Part shown: one piece after another, positions 21,508-23,729 of the stretch
Layout: the number at the start of each line of letters is the position of its first letter
How positions within the stretch are numbered: position 1 is the first letter of the stretch
Origin: Sarea resinae
Lineage: Eukaryota
DNA: 23,729 nt
NCBI GenBank assembly: GCA_026026165.1
Contig: JAPEUD010000045.1
Location: 186,001-209,729, forward strand
Direction: 5' to 3'
Program-made: the position numbers and the translations under genes
The notes under the pieces: generated by a model
What the model was told of the DNA's origin: nothing
The model's database searches: none
What the model saw: only the letters and a program-made list of their open reading frames with translations

Positions 21508-22629
21508 ATGTCTCTCTTCCTCCACGCTCTCTTCGCCAGAGACAAGGATACCGAGTACTGCACGCTGGCCACCTGTCCCATTCAAGACTCCTTCTACAAC
21601 TACCTACCCTCGGCCCCCGCCAACGGGCTCTACCTGGGCATCTTTTCGCTGTCACTATGCCTCTATCTGCTCCAGGGGCTGCTCTCGAAGCGCTGGCTCG
21701 GCTTCACCATCTCCATGGTGGCGGGCTGCATCTGTGAGATTCTGGGCTACATCGGACGCTTGATGAGCCATCACAACCCCTTCAGCCAGGTGAGCCAATT
21801 CCTTTTCGTTGATTCCCGAGTTCATCTTTGAATAATCCTCCCCGTTTGTAACCAACCTCCTTGCACGGGTGATTGACCTTTTGCCCCACAGAATGGCTTC
21901 CTGATGCAAATCGTATGCCTGACGATCGCGCCCGCCTTCATGGCCGCGTCCATCTACCTGACGCTGTCGCGCATCATCCGCGTCTTCGGCCCGGGCAACT
22001 CGCGGCTGTCGCCGTCCCTGTACCCGAAGATCTTCATCCCGTGCGACTTCTTCAGCCTGGTCCTGCAGGCCATCGGCGGCGGCATGGCGTCGGGGGCGTC
22101 GCACTCGAACAAGTCGCCCGCCAGCGGCGACCACGTCATGGTGGCCGGGCTGGCATTCCAGGTCTTCACGCTGCTGCTGTTCATGCTGCTGGCCACCGAC
22201 TTCGCCGTGCGGACCCTGTCGCGCATGCGCCGGCTCGGGGCCGACGGCGCCCTGGACCCGACGCACGCCCGGCTGCGCGCCAGCTACAAGTTCCGCGGCT
22301 TCCTGGTCGCGCTGACGCTAGCCACCGTCTGCATCTTCGTGCGGTCCGTGTACCGCGTCGCCGAGCTCAGCGAGGGCTGGGAGGGCGCGCTGATCAAGAA
22401 CCAGAAGCTTTTTATCGGCTTCGAGGGCGCCATCGTCGGCGTCGCCGTTTTGGTCCTGAATGTTTTCCATCCGGCGTACTGCTTTGGCGACGGCGGCTGG
22501 GGCGGAGTAGCCGGGGGTGAGGTTCGAGGCGACAGCGGCGTCGATGGCGTCCTCGTCGACCCGGCTTCTGCTAGTGATGATGATGGCGGCATGGGCAAGG
22601 CGGAGAAGGCGAATGGTTCGCTTGTCTAG
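21508..22629 (+). CDS. RTA1/RSB1-family lipid-translocating exporter (multi-TM), about 339 aa
   Basis: caccATG at 21508. Exons 21508-21789 and 21892-22629; intron 21790-21891 (GTGAGC..TTGAC..CAG). Family motifs YNYLPSAPANGLYLGIF, GCICEILGYIGR, MQIVCLTIAPAFMAASIYLTLSRII, YPKIFIPCDFFSLVLQAIGGG, MVAGLAFQV, IFVRSVYRVAELSEGW, FEG..LNVFHP. The exact orthologue (RSB1 vs RTA1) cannot be assigned from sequence alone. Confidence 0.93.
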
Positions 22630-22737
22630 GGAGCTGCCTTTTCCCCCTTTCCCCTTTCGCCCTTTTTTATCCTCAAGTCTTGACTCGGGCCGCACGGGCT
22701 CACACGGCTGCCTGGCCTGCTGTCTAGACTGGTGCTG

Positions 22738-22834
22738 TTTCCCCTTTATCCCTTTTTCCCTTTTTCCCTTTTTCCCTTTTTCCCTTTTTCCCTTTTTCCC
22801 TTTTTTCCTTTTTAACAAACACACACACACACAC
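22738..22834 (+). repeat. Polypyrimidine (CCCTTTTT)n tract followed by (AC)n
   Basis: About 9 near-perfect CCC(T)4-6 units at 22738-22813, then an ACACAC run. Confidence 0.9.
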
Positions 22835-23093
22835 AGACATAGAAACACACGTAAACGAGCATATACTTAGTGCCTGTCATCATCGCCATCAAATAAGAAA
22901 AATCAATAATCAATAATCAAAAAAAGAAAAACTCTTTTATTGTTCACCGCTTGTTCCCACCGTGCCCCCCTCCCCCCTTGGGTTTACTTAATCCCTGAAC
23001 ATGTCGAGCAGCAGATTGATCTGGTATAGGACTGTTGAAGGACTGGATCGAGTTTGGTTCAGGCCTTTGCTTCTTCCTTCTCTTTTCTGTATG

Positions 23094-23096
<3 letters not shown>

Positions 23097-23133
<37 letters not shown>

Positions 23134-23304
23134 TCGCTGTTTTTCTGTAAGAGAGTTAGAGTCGAGTGAAAGTCGAGTCAGAGTCAAAGTCAGAGTCAGA
23201 GTAGGAATAGTAGTGGCGGTGGTAGTAGAAGCAGAAGCAGGGGCTAGAAGCAGGGGCTAGAAGCAGGAGCAGGAGCAGGAGCAGGGGCTAGAAGCAGGAG
23301 CAGG
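23097..23304 (+). repeat. (CT)16, then AGAGTC-like hexamers and GCAGGGGCTAGAA / GCAGGA repeats
   Basis: (CT)16 at 23097-23128; agagtc repeats at ~23156-23202; three copies of gcaggggctagaa interleaved with gcagga at ~23237-23304. Confidence 0.85.
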
Positions 23305-23338
23305 CACCACGGAAGGATGTCGAGCCATCCACCCCCCA

Positions 23339-23412
23339 CCCAAACCCAACCCTAAACCCTAAACCCTAAACCCTGAACCCTGAACCCTGAACCCTGAACC
23401 CAAACCTAAACC
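23339..23412 (+). repeat. Telomere-like heptamer tract (CCCTAAA)3(CCCTGAA)4 with degenerate flanks
   Basis: CCCTAAA x3 at 23350-23370 and CCCTGAA x4 at 23371-23398, flanked by cccaaa/cccaa/cctaaa. Confidence 0.9.
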
Positions 23413-23703
23413 GGGACCCGAGTCTGGCCTGTGGATGGTGGAGTGTGGAGGAGAGAGAGAGAGTGTGTGTGTAGACAGTGTAGGAGACGGTGGAGTACAG
23501 ATGGTGGACGGTGGACTCCAGTATAGAGGCTAGCGTCTAGATGGCAGAACGAGAACAAGAGTCGAGGAGAGAGCCCCGCCCGGGAGAAAGCCCGCCGGGG
23601 AGAAAGCCGGCTAGGGAGAGGGGAAAAAGGGGGCGGTGGGGCGAGTCGCAGGAGATTCTCCTCCAAGATCAAAAGAGGAGAGAGACAGAGAGACAGAGAG
23701 ATA

Positions 23704-23728
23704 GGGGGGGGGGGGGGGGGGGGGGGGG
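23704..23728. repeat. G25 homopolymer at the window end, preceded by AG-rich repeats
   Basis: Directly visible; could be genuine or a sequencing/assembly end artefact. Confidence 0.7.
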
Positions 23729-23729
23729 T

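Noticed and set aside
21655..22870. Long antisense and alternate-frame ORFs over RTA1 and its 3' repeats
   Set aside because: Shadows of high-GC3 coding sequence and of the stop-free pyrimidine repeat.
22944..23160. Possible minus-strand terminal exon after CTAAC...ACAG (acceptor at 23147-23145)
   Set aside because: The downstream frames give only (ER)n microsatellite translation and unrecognisable peptide, and no upstream exon or donor can be supported.
23704..23728. Terminal G25 as a functional G-quadruplex
   Set aside because: It sits at the very edge of the window, where a poly-G run cannot be told apart from a two-colour sequencing or assembly artefact.

Overview
Eukaryotic genomic DNA from a filamentous ascomycete (Pezizomycotina-like): standard code, short GT-AG spliceosomal introns with CTRAY branch points. 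Five protein-coding genes are supported. (1) A large BEACH-domain protein (Bph1/Lvs1/WDFY-like) on the minus strand, running off the left edge. (2) A vacuolar subtilisin-type protease (Prb1/Alp2-like), head-to-head with it. (3) An intronless, probably disordered ~602-aa hypothetical protein with an internal 31-aa duplication. (4) ER membrane complex subunit EMC1. (5) An RTA1/RSB1-family membrane protein. The last ~1 kb is dense in simple repeats, including an interstitial CCCTAAA/CCCTGAA telomere-like tract, and ends in poly-G. I see no RNA genes, transposons or CRISPR arrays, and no clearly new multi-gene system. The most notable oddities are non-coding: a 21-nt-phased TGGAC array just after the hypothetical gene, a dense GTAC cluster in the divergent promoter, stacked uORFs with a poly-C tract ahead of the BEACH start, a stop-free in-frame intron, and a NAGNAG acceptor in EMC1. 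All exon coordinates were derived by hand and need RNA-seq confirmation.
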